Origin: Cytophagales bacterium UBA2561
GTDB lineage: Bacteria > Bacteroidota > Bacteroidia > Cytophagales > Thermoflexibacteraceae
DNA: 64,000 bases
Assembly (NCBI GenBank): GCA_002340355.1
Contig: DDLX01000042.1
Span: 7,414-71,413 of the forward strand
Reading direction: 5' to 3'
A model generated the notes under the pieces. The model made no database searches. It saw only the letters and a program-made list of their open reading frames with translations, and was not told where the DNA came from. Position 1 is the first letter of the stretch. The number at the start of each line of letters is the position of its first letter. Position numbers and translations under genes: made by a program. Positions 31,724 through 42,108 of the stretch are shown here, one piece after another.

Positions 31724-31815
31724 ATTGGAGTCTATTATTCACACTGAATAATTTTAACTTATGTTGAGAATGTCGTGTTTGTTGCCTTTCTTGAAAAGAA
31801 AATAATCAATTGATT

Positions 31816-34134
31816 TTAGTTATATTGAGTAATCGGTAATCGAATAATAAAAGAAGTTCCTTTATTCTCTTGACTTTCTACTTTGATTTCTCCCCGATGT
31901 TGTTCAATAATACTATGTGAGATGGCTAATCCCAATCCTGTCGACCCCGATTTTCCATATGTAAAGAAAGGGTCAAAGATTTTTGGTTGGTAAGATTCTG
32001 GAATTCCTTTCCCTGTATCTTTTACGATAATTTTTACAAAGTTATTGTTTTCATATTCTGTTGAAATCGAAATTGTTCCAATGTTTGGAATTGCTTGAAT
32101 CGCATTTAGTAATAAATTCATGAAAACCTGATTCAACTGTCCAGGATACCCTTCCATATTGGTAATTCGTGCATCGTAATCTTTGGTAATCCGAATTCGA
32201 GATTCATATTCTCCTCGTAACAAATTTAAGGTAACGTCTAAATTTTCATGTAAATCTATGATTTTCAAAACATCTTCGTCCAAGCGGGAAAATGTCCGTA
32301 ATCCTTTTACAATCTTCATTGTTCGATTTGCTCCTGTCTTAATGTCAATTAGTACTTGTGCAATATCATCTTTTAGCTCGCCATAATTTAATAAAATTTT
32401 GAGTTTTTTGACCTCTTTCCGCACTTTTTCGAGTTCTTCAGGAGTTTGTGCCTCGTCAATCGCCGCATATTTATCTGAAATTTCCACCAAATCATCCAAA
32501 AGCGTTTGTACAGTATCTACTCCAGCATAAACAAAATTAATTGGATTATTTATTTCGTGTGCCATACCTGCTGTCAATTGTCCAAGTGAAGCCATTTTTT
32601 CAGAATGAATCAGACGAGTTTGAGTAGTTTTGAGGTCTTCGAGAGCCACGCGTAATTTTTCTTTCTGATGTTCGAGTTTACTATTTTTGATAACAACTTC
32701 CTGCCCTACTCTTCGAATTTTCTCAGATTGTACGCTAATTTTTTCTTGCTGACGAATTAACTCCTCATTTTTTCTCTGAAGTTTTGCTTGATTATCAGAT
32801 AATTGCCGATTTATTTTCTCAAGGGATTTTGTTCGTTCTTGTACAATATGCTCTAAGTTCTGATTCGTATAATTTAGTTTATGACTTAACTCTTCCGAAT
32901 TTTGCAATGCTTTTGTAAATCGAAAAGCAAGAGTCAAAGCTTGCGCTCCCACAAAAGCAAATATTCCCATAGGAACATAAAACCCTGTATTAATTACCCG
33001 TTGAACATACAAAATATCATTAATCATAGCCATAAATAATATTATTGCTCCTGATAAACAGACTCGGCTTGCTCTTCGGTTATTTTTTATAGCTAACACA
33101 ATGACTATCAACAGATAAATTCCTGAAAGCATGGAGAAAATTTGATATATTCCAAGCGTATGAGTAAAAATAGAAGGAGGAAGAATAATGACTAAAACGC
33201 CAAAAAGCAAGCTAATTGCGGTTATTAATCGAATAATATTATTCGAAGACTCATTCGGAAATAATGAATATACGAAGTGGGCAATTAATGGAATACTTAG
33301 ATAAAAGGTAAGGTACTCTATTTTTATAAGAATATTCCAGTTTCCAATTAAGTAGTGTAACAAAAATTCACCTGTCGTAATCGTTCGCAAACCAATCATA
33401 AAACAAAGTCCTCCAAAATATAGGGCTTCCACCAATTGACGACGCAAATAATACAATCCAAAATGATAAATACCCATAATAAGTATTGCTCCAAGTATCA
33501 ATACATCAAAGAACCATGCTTGTTCCCGTTCTGTCCGAAGTTGTTCTTCTGTTCCAAACTTAATTGGAAACCAAGCTCCTCCTGAACGATGTTCAAAATT
33601 AGCGACCTGTACCACAATGTCTAATTGGTCGGAATCAGGAATAAAGTCGGCTACAGCAGGCGCATAATAGGCTTCTGTCTCATCCGCACTTCGTCCGACT
33701 TTTCCTGCTTGATAAATTTTCTTGCCATTGACATAAATTTTGCAGGCAGATCCAAAAGTTTTTAGCCGTAGAGCAGCTTTAGAAACCTTCTTTCTATTTA
33801 ATAAAACATTAAGCCGAAAAGAAGCATACCCCTCTGCACCTAATTTTTTACCTGCTACTTGTTGGCCATTCCAAATCGAAGGTAAAGTGATATAACTTGT
33901 TACATCCACAGGATTCGTATCAGGAAAGTCGTCTTCGTAGAGGAATTGTCGCCAATAAAACTTCCACTCTCCTCTTAATTCTACAGCTCCGTCTCCCTCA
34001 AAATCCCAATAACGTAAGTCAATTTGTCCTTTCTTGACTTCAGGAATAGGCATATCCGCCTGAGCATAAGGAAGTCCAATGAACAGCAGACTAATAACAC
34101 CAAGTAAACATTTAATCAAAAAAACTTGTTTCAT
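31816..34134 (-). CDS. 7TMR-DISM sensor histidine kinase (no receiver domain)
   Basis: 772 aa with an extracellular beta-rich domain, a seven-TM block (GIYHFGLYYLRR...) and a coiled coil. H-box AHEINNPINF and boxes NAIQA, DTGKGI, GLGLA are present. Confidence 0.85.
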   Translation of the reverse strand: MKQVFLIKCLLGVISLLFIGLPYAQADMPIPEVKKGQIDLRYWDFEGDGAVELRGEWKFYWRQFLYEDDFPDTNPVDVTSYITLPSIWNGQQVAGKKLGAEGYASFRLNVLLNRKKVSKAALRLKTFGSACKIYVNGKKIYQAGKVGRSADETEAYYAPAVADFIPDSDQLDIVVQVANFEHRSGGAWFPIKFGTEEQLRTEREQAWFFDVLILGAILIMGIYHFGLYYLRRQLVEALYFGGLCFMIGLRTITTGEFLLHYLIGNWNILIKIEYLTFYLSIPLIAHFVYSLFPNESSNNIIRLITAISLLFGVLVIILPPSIFTHTLGIYQIFSMLSGIYLLIVIVLAIKNNRRASRVCLSGAIILFMAMINDILYVQRVINTGFYVPMGIFAFVGAQALTLAFRFTKALQNSEELSHKLNYTNQNLEHIVQERTKSLEKINRQLSDNQAKLQRKNEELIRQQEKISVQSEKIRRVGQEVVIKNSKLEHQKEKLRVALEDLKTTQTRLIHSEKMASLGQLTAGMAHEINNPINFVYAGVDTVQTLLDDLVEISDKYAAIDEAQTPEELEKVRKEVKKLKILLNYGELKDDIAQVLIDIKTGANRTMKIVKGLRTFSRLDEDVLKIIDLHENLDVTLNLLRGEYESRIRITKDYDARITNMEGYPGQLNQVFMNLLLNAIQAIPNIGTISISTEYENNNFVKIIVKDTGKGIPESYQPKIFDPFFTYGKSGSTGLGLAISHSIIEQHRGEIKVESQENKGTSFIIRLPITQYN

Positions 34135-34685
34135 AGATTACAATAACAAATGACTTGATTCTAAAGAGTTATTAAAGCAATTGTCGTGCATTTTTTTAGC
34201 ACTTTTAAGTGGAGTCTTTTTTTCTCATTTATTTGTCTCTTGAAAAACCTCTGAGATTATTGAAAGTTCCATAAAAAATAGGCTAAAGCGATTTTACTTT
34301 AGAAAATGATTTGAAAATTTTTAGAAAATAACATAGAGTTGTGGATATTAACTTCTACAAATAACCGTAAGATATTATTTACAAAAGAAGCGTAACCAAT
34401 GTCTTATCTAGGTTACCTCTTAATCCCCTCTTTTTAACGATCTAATCAATAGTATAAAAAAAACTCATAATGCTCAAGACACCATGAGATTTAATAGATA
34501 ATTTGTATGGAGAAGATGTATTTTCGTCAAGCTTGGAAGTAATTGATTAATACCTTGCATCTATATCAAAGTTCTTTCCTATACTCTTAAATAGTTTCTT
34601 TCCCAGAAACTGTATATAATGAAGAATAACTGAAATGATATGTTAATAAATTTATGTAGTATAGCAAACTAAAGATGTTGACTTA

Positions 34686-36260
34686 TCACATTTCCAAAGT
34701 CATATCAAGGAGCTGTTTTTTTGTAACCAAACTCCGATAAGTTTCTAAAAAAGAGGTTTTAGATAGTTTGCCTTTTATCCAAGTTTGTAACAAATTGTAT
34801 TCTAATTTTTGCCAAGGTAAATCTTGTTCAGGAAGCCGATACAAATAATCTTCTATCTCAGAAATAATCTTTAGGGTATCCTCATTATCGACAGTATTGT
34901 ATAGTTTACGTAATTTTTTGAGTAATACAATTTCTAAAGTCGTATCATATTCCTGTTTTTTAAAGAAACGATTAGCTGAACGATACGTATAATCTAAAAC
35001 ATCTAAATTGCCTATTTCATAATCCAGTATGATATTCCAAATCCGCAAAAAACACTTATGAGTGCTGTATATATGTTGATACTTATCATTTTTCAAAATA
35101 TAATTATATCGTAGGGCATTCTGTAGATCATTCACCAAAAAATATCCCATACTCATCATTTGTTGGATACGAAACTCCCAAAAAATGCCACATGCCTGTC
35201 TATCTTTTTGGCTTATGTCTTCCAATTTTTCTGTTAATTCTGTAGGAGAGGCATAGGCTAAGCACTCTAAACATTCAATTACAGAAATGAGCAATTCTTG
35301 CGCTTCTTGAGGTATAAAGTCAATAAGTGTGGTTTCTATTTCAGTTAAATATATCTTATAATCTGCTGATAAGTTAGTTACTATTCCTATCCATAGATAT
35401 TCAAAAATATGTTTAATATACTCTTCTGAAAAGAATTTTTTCTTAGTATCATTTTCTTCCCAAAGCTTCATAAGTTTTTGATAATAACCATACGAATGCT
35501 GATAATTATTCAACGATATATGATATAAAGCATTAATTTCATAATAAGAAAGCCTTACTCGAAAGGAGAATTTGGTAAGTGATTGGTTCATGACCATATT
35601 ATCAATGAGACATAATAATTCGTGCTTATTTTCTAGGATATTAACCTTACCTTGTTGCTGATGTATCAATTTTACCTTTGTTAGTAATTCCAGCAATTCG
35701 ATATTCAATTTTGTTTCTTCTAATAAGGTTAAGTCTTCTTCTATGGATGAATTGTATGTTGAAGAATATAAAACGTATTGTGATAATCGATTTTCCCAAG
35801 TGGTTACTTGTGGCATATAGCTATAAACTTCCCGTTTCAGAATGACACGCCTTGCTTTTTGTAGTACTGTAAAGCTTTGTTGATATAGCGTTTTATGATA
35901 TAAAATCGCTGTCTGTTCTAATAATCCCTGAATTTCAAAATTAGGATTATGTTCACGATATAAGTACCTTATATTCATTAAGATTTTTTGATAAAGTACA
36001 TATTTTATATTTGCAAATTTATGCCTATTAAGACGCATATATTTTTGCAATGCAAAATACAACTTGTCTTCATTGTATTCTAACTGTTTATCTATCATTT
36101 CAAACATCTTTAAGTATGTCTTCAGCCTCGTTTCTCCTCCACTCTGTTTGAAGGTCATTTTTAAGTATCTTTTTTCTGATTTTGTTAATGATTTTATCAG
36201 AACGAATAAATCTTGATTACTGAGGTTGCTCATGGTAAATGAATAGTTATTTCTTTTCAT
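34686..36260 (-). CDS. hypothetical all-helical protein
   Basis: 524-aa uninterrupted ORF, codirectional with the two kinases. It is helical-repeat-like and I recognise no motif. Confidence 0.5.
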   Translation of the reverse strand: MKRNNYSFTMSNLSNQDLFVLIKSLTKSEKRYLKMTFKQSGGETRLKTYLKMFEMIDKQLEYNEDKLYFALQKYMRLNRHKFANIKYVLYQKILMNIRYLYREHNPNFEIQGLLEQTAILYHKTLYQQSFTVLQKARRVILKREVYSYMPQVTTWENRLSQYVLYSSTYNSSIEEDLTLLEETKLNIELLELLTKVKLIHQQQGKVNILENKHELLCLIDNMVMNQSLTKFSFRVRLSYYEINALYHISLNNYQHSYGYYQKLMKLWEENDTKKKFFSEEYIKHIFEYLWIGIVTNLSADYKIYLTEIETTLIDFIPQEAQELLISVIECLECLAYASPTELTEKLEDISQKDRQACGIFWEFRIQQMMSMGYFLVNDLQNALRYNYILKNDKYQHIYSTHKCFLRIWNIILDYEIGNLDVLDYTYRSANRFFKKQEYDTTLEIVLLKKLRKLYNTVDNEDTLKIISEIEDYLYRLPEQDLPWQKLEYNLLQTWIKGKLSKTSFLETYRSLVTKKQLLDMTLEM

Positions 36261-36352
36261 GAGCGATATTAATTATGTATTTGGTTACTATCTAACCTTT
36301 TTTAAGGGCAAATCACATATTCAAAAAAAATATATAGTTTTTCAAAAAACAA

Positions 36353-36534
36353 TAAGAGGTTGCTTAAATTTTTATATAAAAATTTGACTATCAAGTTTTT
36401 ATATAAATTTTCATAAAGTAAGGTTTGCAAACTCTACTTTATGGACATCAGCGATTTTGAGCAATGAAAGCTATTTCAGTAAATAAAGTTTATTCTCTAA
36501 ATATATTTTTCAAAAATTTTTAAACAACCTCTAA
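36353..36534. mobile_element. family-1 MITE, longest copy
   Basis: Ends are TAAGAGGTTGCTTAAAT ... TTTTTAAACAACCTCTAA. It has the hairpin core at about 36408-36446 and shares the GTTTTGAGCAATGAAAGCTATTTC segment with 3442-3586. Confidence 0.6.
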
Positions 36535-37031
36535 GCCTTGTTATGTTTTTATCATAACATTTTGTCATTTATGATTATATGACTAGAAGCAATTTTGAAC
36601 CTATAAACAAAGTCATGATAAAATATAGCTCAATAGGATAGGGCAAAATATTTATCATGTACGTATTTTACAAGATTTAAATAAAATAGATAATTGATAA
36701 GACGATTTCTTTCGGTGAGATAGCTTGGAGAAAAACATAATTACAAAAAAAAATCTGACATAAAGTCCTAGAAGGTTATGCCAGATTTTATAAATAGTGA
36801 ATTTAGGTTTGTAATTATTACGAATTATTTAGTACACCCTAAAAAGGGCTGGTATCGCTGCATTTAAATACTCACAATGGTATCTGATAATACCTTGATT
36901 GGTATTTTAACAAAGTGACACCAATAAAAACTTAGAATTATTTAATAATGAATGTGGATATAATATATTGAATATCATTTTATTACAAAAAAATTCAGGT
37001 GTAAATTTGATTTGAATCGGTATTCATGTGA

Positions 37032-37799
37032 TTATTTTTTGATGTAGTTTCTAATTTTCAAATAAGTAAAGAAACACATATTCTTAATGCTTTGTAAGCT
37101 TAATAGAACTCCTCGTGTCAAATTAATAAGTGTTTTGGCAGCAGTCGTTCCTATGCCTGTGATCGATGTCAGAATATTCATTAACTGTTTAAGTTGATCA
37201 TCATAGTCAATGATACGATTCATCTGCTTCTCAGCTTCTTTCAAGTCTTTATGTACCGTTTTCAAGGTATGTAAATAGCTTTTTTCCTTGAGTTGATAAA
37301 TAGGTTTTTTATCATGTATCTTCGACTTGTTTAGTTCAGCCTTGATATGATTTTTGACTATAATTAATTGAATACGAATGGCTTGTAGTGCTTGCAATTT
37401 TTCAATGGATTCAGAAGTGGGAATATACAATAAAGCATCCTCTTGGTACTGCCAAGCATATTCAGCAAGTTGATGTGCATCTACTTTATTTTTTTTACCT
37501 CTTTTTAATCCCATCGAATATCTAACTGTATTTACATTTTCAACCCAAATTGAATAGTCTTTCAGAATCAATGTATGTAATAAAACATTAATATAGTATC
37601 TCGTATTTTTCAAACAAATCAGGGTAGTTCTAATCGAAAAATCAGCATATTTCTCAGACCAAGTATTTACACAAGAAAGAATCCTTGTGGACTGATTTTC
37701 AATAATTTGATGATCTAAAATCTCCGAAGCAGTCCGCAAAGTCAGGTAAAGTGTCGTTTTTTGGACATCAATCCCAATAAAGTAGATATAATTTGGCAT
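37032..37799 (-). pseudogene. IS110-family transposase, C-terminally truncated
   Basis: The N-terminal DEDD-type region is present (FIGIDVQKTT). The ORF stops shortly after the helix-hairpin-helix start (ITGIGTTAAKTLI), before the conserved SG-containing C-terminal motif. No continuation was found in other frames downstream. Confidence 0.7.
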
Positions 37800-38090
37800 A
37801 AGTGTGATACTAAAATTATATTATTTAATGTTTTGATATTAACTAAAAACATAAAATTCAAAAAAATAGTAGGATTGATTCATATGATTATGCCTCTAAT
37901 CTAAAACAATAACCACATTTCCTCTCCCTACTATCTTTTTCATCCTAAAGATCTGAGCGTAAAGAGCTTGTAATAAATTCTGTAAGTAAATTAATCTAAA
38001 AAGACCAGAGTATTGAAACCAGAAAGTTGAAAAAAAAGATATAAATAAATTTGGCTCCCATTTATCTAGGGTACCATGATTTTCTAATAT

Positions 38091-38870
38091 TTAAATAGGA
38101 TGAGTTTGTATAAAGGATTCCATTCCGAAAGATCCTTGATATATACCTGTCAAACTCACCAATAACTCGTTTGATTTACTTTCGTCATGGACTTCTCCAT
38201 CAAATCCCCCATTCTTGAGGTTTACTAAAATATCTTTAGTAGTTAAGTTCACTGAGTCTTTTTTTCCAGTAACCTTTATTATCATTTTATAGGGAATTTC
38301 TAAATCCTCCACCCAATTGATATACCATACCGCTTCAATCTTCGAGTTTGCTGGAATATTCAAAACGGTATCTATTTCATAAGCTTGTGATTGTCTGCTT
38401 GTCCATATCTGACCTGACTCAAGTATCAATTCTTGACCAGTCTCACTATTTTTATTTACTTGACTACTAGTTAAAAATGGAATCTTTAGTTCAGCTTCAA
38501 CACCAATAGTTATTTTATGACCATACATTAATGTTTGCTGCATAAAGAAAGTAAATGAACTATTTTTGGTCTCAGATGACTTTACGATTTGAGAAATTGT
38601 AGTATCAGTTGGATTCATATAAGTAAGTCTCCAAATCTCATTCCGTGAAATAGCTTTAGGAGGGCATGACTCTATCAGTGATTTTTCATACTCAATATCC
38701 ACAAGCTCAATACTCCAATCAATCAAATCATCATTAGGTCTTAATACAAACTCATACGGTTTTCGTCTATAACCTAAACTGTGACTTGAACTCATGCTAA
38801 CCTTTTTGCTCTTATGCCAAGTAGAACAAATATTGCTACTTGACGAGCTTGTTTCGAAGCTGTTGTTCAT
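38091..38870 (-). CDS. orphan protein, candidate aerolysin/ETX-MTX2-like beta-pore-forming toxin
   Basis: The 259-aa ORF is probably a real gene; the low confidence refers to the functional call. There is no signal peptide and the N-terminus is Ser-rich and disordered-looking. A Ser/Thr-flanked amphipathic alternating stretch (KITIGVEAELKIPF) and a beta-rich C-terminus ending LTGIYQGSFGMESFIQ are present. Confidence 0.35.
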   Translation of the reverse strand: MNNSFETSSSSSNICSTWHKSKKVSMSSSHSLGYRRKPYEFVLRPNDDLIDWSIELVDIEYEKSLIESCPPKAISRNEIWRLTYMNPTDTTISQIVKSSETKNSSFTFFMQQTLMYGHKITIGVEAELKIPFLTSSQVNKNSETGQELILESGQIWTSRQSQAYEIDTVLNIPANSKIEAVWYINWVEDLEIPYKMIIKVTGKKDSVNLTTKDILVNLKNGGFDGEVHDESKSNELLVSLTGIYQGSFGMESFIQTHPI

Positions 38871-39033
38871 AATTAGACGTATTTACTTTGGCATTTTCCT
38901 ATTCTTTCCGAGGCTTCTCACAAAATCGCCTCTAGATTGAATATTCTTCGCACCATTCATTTTACAGGTGTAAAAGTAGAGTGAATAAAAAGAATAGAAA
39001 AACCATAAAAAGAGAGCTATCTGATTTCCAAAG
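38871..39033 (-). promoter_or_regulatory. conserved promoter-plus-leader module, copy B
   Basis: Homologous to copies A and C. It has the -7-like box TACTTTTA followed by CTGTAAAATGAA (minus-strand first base 38967, which is 97 nt before the ATG at 38870), then a GAGGC...GCCTC stem. Confidence 0.55.
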
Positions 39034-39885
39034 GAGAGAAATATGCACTTTCTGAAACTCAAACTCGATGATTCAGGTAGGTTCAGATAAGTTTTGATGG
39101 AAGATAATTATCAGGAGTCCAAAAGAAATTTTTATAAAAAAAGAAAAATACGCTGAACATAGACGAGAATATAGAAGATTATTATTTTAATAACTTTATA
39201 TAAAGTTTCAATTTCTAGAGTAGAAAGAATTCCTCGAACTTGCCGAACGACCATTATAAAATTATGAAGCAGTGAATTCGTCGTACATTGAAAAGGATTT
39301 CATATTATCGGTTAGATCATTTCTCAATTGTTGACGCTCTTCATTTGAAGGTTTATCGGTGTTTAAATAAACTCAGAAGTATATTTGCGATAAGTTACCT
39401 ATCAAAATAAATTTCATTTCTGGATATTTGTAAGTTATCTCAAGTTGGATTTCAAGATTTAAATAAAGCAGGTATTTTTTAAATTTTGTGAGTCATGATA
39501 TTGTTATACTCTAATTTCAGAAATAAAATTAACTATATTTAGATTAGTAATACCCAAAAATCATCCCAAGATGTTAAATCAATATCAAATCTGAAGATTT
39601 GTGATGTATCTATTGAGTTTCACAAACTAAGAATCAGACGAATGGAGAAAATAAGGCACTGGCTTGGCAAATATAGAATGTAGGTTTACAGACCTATATG
39701 TTTGGGCTTTACACTATTTTAAAAGTAATTTTTAGTAAGTTAGCAATTTAATATATAGAAGTTATAAGTTATTTTTGATACCTATAAAGAGCATTTAATC
39801 AGCTTAGAAAGCTGTTTATTAACCCATCAAGAACAACATATAACTTCCCATAAATCACCTCAAAAACGTAACCTAAAAAAGAACA

Positions 39886-40887
39886 ATGAAAGAATTAAGC
39901 CGAAAGTACAAAGCTTTCAGAGTAGAAGAAATTGAAGGTAAATTCACATCTTCGATCAAAGAAGTAGAAATTAACTCCATTGAGTCAGGTGAAATCTTAG
40001 TAAAAGTATGCTACAGTTCATTAAATTACAAAGATGCACTGTCTGCCTCTGGAAATAAAGGAGTTACAAGAAATTACCCACACACACCAGGTATAGATGC
40101 AGTAGGTGTTATTGAGCATTCAGAAAGCCAAGATTTTACAGTTGGTGAAGAAGTAATTGTGACCAGTTATGATTTGGGAATGAATACAGATGGTGGTTTT
40201 GGAGAATACATCAAAGTACCTTCAAACTGGGCAGTAAAATTACCCCAAAAAATGACGATGCAAGAAGCTATGTTGATTGGTACCGCAGGATTAACGGCGG
40301 GAATGTCTGTATTGAGACTTGTAGAATTAATTACACCTGATGATGGGAAAATAGTGGTTTCAGGAGCTACAGGTGGTGTAGGTTCTGTCGCAGTAGCTAT
40401 TCTAAGTAAGCTGGGTTACTCGGTAGTAGCTATAACTGGAAAAGAATCGGAAACTGAATATCTGAAAGGGCTTGGAGCTAGCGAAATTTTATTGCGTAGC
40501 GAAATCGAAAACTTTAAAAATAGACCACTCTTAAAACCCTTATTTGCAGGCGGAATAGATACAGTGGGAGGTGTGATTCTTCAAAATATTATCAAATCAA
40601 CCTCAGCTTTAGGCGTTGTGACTTGTTGTGGAAATGTAGCTTCTCCAAAATTAGAACTGACCGTTTTCCCATTTATTCTAAAAGGGGTGTCTTTAATTGG
40701 TATCGACTCACAAAACTACCCCATGAAATACAGAAAAAAGGTTTGGGAATTGTTAGCCGAAGAGTGGAAAGTAAGTCAAGATACCTTAGCCTACAGCGAA
40801 GTAACACTTGAGGGACTCGAAGAAAAAATTGCTTTAATCTTAGATGGAAAGATAAAAGGGCGGACTATTGTAAATTTGAAAGCATAA
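39886..40887 (+). CDS. YhdH/YhfP-family (AcuI-like) NADPH-dependent quinone/acrylyl-CoA oxidoreductase
   Basis: 333-aa MDR-family protein. SSLNYKDALSASGNKGVTRNYPHTPGIDAVG closely matches E. coli YhdH as I recall it. Nucleotide-binding motif GATGGVGS is present. Confidence 0.85.
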   Translation: MKELSRKYKAFRVEEIEGKFTSSIKEVEINSIESGEILVKVCYSSLNYKDALSASGNKGVTRNYPHTPGIDAVGVIEHSESQDFTVGEEVIVTSYDLGMNTDGGFGEYIKVPSNWAVKLPQKMTMQEAMLIGTAGLTAGMSVLRLVELITPDDGKIVVSGATGGVGSVAVAILSKLGYSVVAITGKESETEYLKGLGASEILLRSEIENFKNRPLLKPLFAGGIDTVGGVILQNIIKSTSALGVVTCCGNVASPKLELTVFPFILKGVSLIGIDSQNYPMKYRKKVWELLAEEWKVSQDTLAYSEVTLEGLEEKIALILDGKIKGRTIVNLKA

Positions 40888-41352
40888 AAATACATCCCGA
40901 AAAAAATTGAACTGACCGTCTAATTGATTTTGAAGAACAAAATCAGACACAAAACACTAAAATTTTGTGTCTGGTTGTATTCAAAAAATAGAGGGTAGAG
41001 AGTCTGCAAACTACGCCAATAGTTCTATGTACAGGCTCTCTTCTTTTGTTGATTTAAAGAACTTGATGTGGATATACGAGCAAATAACATACTATGCAAG
41101 TATTTTAAATAAAATAATAAAAATATATATAAAAGAAATATTAAATCATTGATAATCAATATAAAAAAATATTAAGTTTACATGTATCTCTTAAAACTAT
41201 TTGCTAACTTTTTGAAAATTTTCTCTTAGATATTAGTTTGCTTTAACAGTATCATTCATTAAACTTAACATGAGTTTCATTTTTGTATCCTAGATAAGTA
41301 TATTTTTCAAAATGTTAGAACTACTGAAATAATATTTAAAACCAGTCGCCTC

Positions 41353-41910
41353 ATGAAAAATTTTGTTTCAAAATATATGATATATGAAGATAGTTCAATG
41401 ACTATTTTTATTTTGTCATCTCCTCTGATTTTGACATTCTTATCCTTTGCTTTACCCTTTCCACTAATTTTATTTCCCTGTCCACAAGTACTTTTGATAC
41501 TATTTTGGATGAATGTTTTAGTTGATGAATTAACGCAAAAAATTGATTTTGAGACAGGATTAAATATCACAAAACTCAAAAGATCTTTAAAAGTGGCGAT
41601 GTGGATAATGATTATTTTATCTATTCAAATTTATGCTTACCCGCTTATGTACAAAAGTAACCCTTCGTATTGGGTAATAATTTTGATTCAAATTATCACA
41701 GTCATAGAGTTTATATTGATGATATTCGCTTACTACATGATTAGTCATACTTCTCGTTTTATTGGCAAACTGATGTTTGTAGTTGAAATACAAAAACCTT
41801 TTCATAAACAAGAATATCGTTCAAAAAATTATAAATTAATGGGGCGTTTTTTTCCTTTCAATTATGGTAAAACACACCAAAAAATTCAGGAGTTATTAGC
41901 TTCTCCATAA
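41353..41910 (+). CDS. hypothetical membrane protein (start uncertain)
   Basis: The ORF has three or four hydrophobic segments. It overlaps an antisense ORF at 41307-41579, and neither has recognisable motifs. Confidence 0.3.
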   Translation: MKNFVSKYMIYEDSSMTIFILSSPLILTFLSFALPFPLILFPCPQVLLILFWMNVLVDELTQKIDFETGLNITKLKRSLKVAMWIMIILSIQIYAYPLMYKSNPSYWVIILIQIITVIEFILMIFAYYMISHTSRFIGKLMFVVEIQKPFHKQEYRSKNYKLMGRFFPFNYGKTHQKIQELLASP

Positions 41911-42101
41911 TCTGGCACAAGGCTACGCTTCAAAGCGGTCTTATGCCGATAATTTCTAAAGTTTCTGACTTTACCCAAGAATGGCAAATTAGATTATTTT
42001 TTATTTTTGAACTTGCAAAATAGTGATATTCAGCTTTGACAACCAACTGTCAAGCCACAGGCTTGGGAAAAAAGTAGGTACAAAACAAAGCCTTGCACCA
42101 G
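41911..42101. repeat. REPIN-like repeat unit, copy 1
   Basis: Shares CGATAATTTCTAAAGT.TCTGACTTTACCCAAGAATG...TTGAACTTGCAAAATAGTGATATTCAGCTTTGACAACCAA with 42693-42863 and 43646-43850. It is bounded by hairpins of the GG(T/C)RCAAG...CTTGYRCC type. Confidence 0.7.
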
Positions 42102-42108
42102 TAAGAGA

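Noticed and set aside
39240-39370. Minus-strand fragment reading ...TDKPSNEERQQLRNDLTDNMKSFSMYDEFTAS-stop.
   Set aside because: It looks protein-like, but the frame is closed by a stop only ~34 codons upstream and has no usable start. It is possibly a gene relic and is not annotatable.
40967-41152. 61-aa ORF downstream of the yhdH-like gene.
   Set aside because: It uses an alternative start, has AT-rich low-complexity translation and shows no promoter or terminator context.
41307-41579. 90-aa minus-strand ORF overlapping the 41353-41910 ORF.
   Set aside because: It has no motifs and overlaps an equally weak ORF on the other strand. I kept only the longer one, which has membrane-like hydrophobic segments, and that at low confidence.
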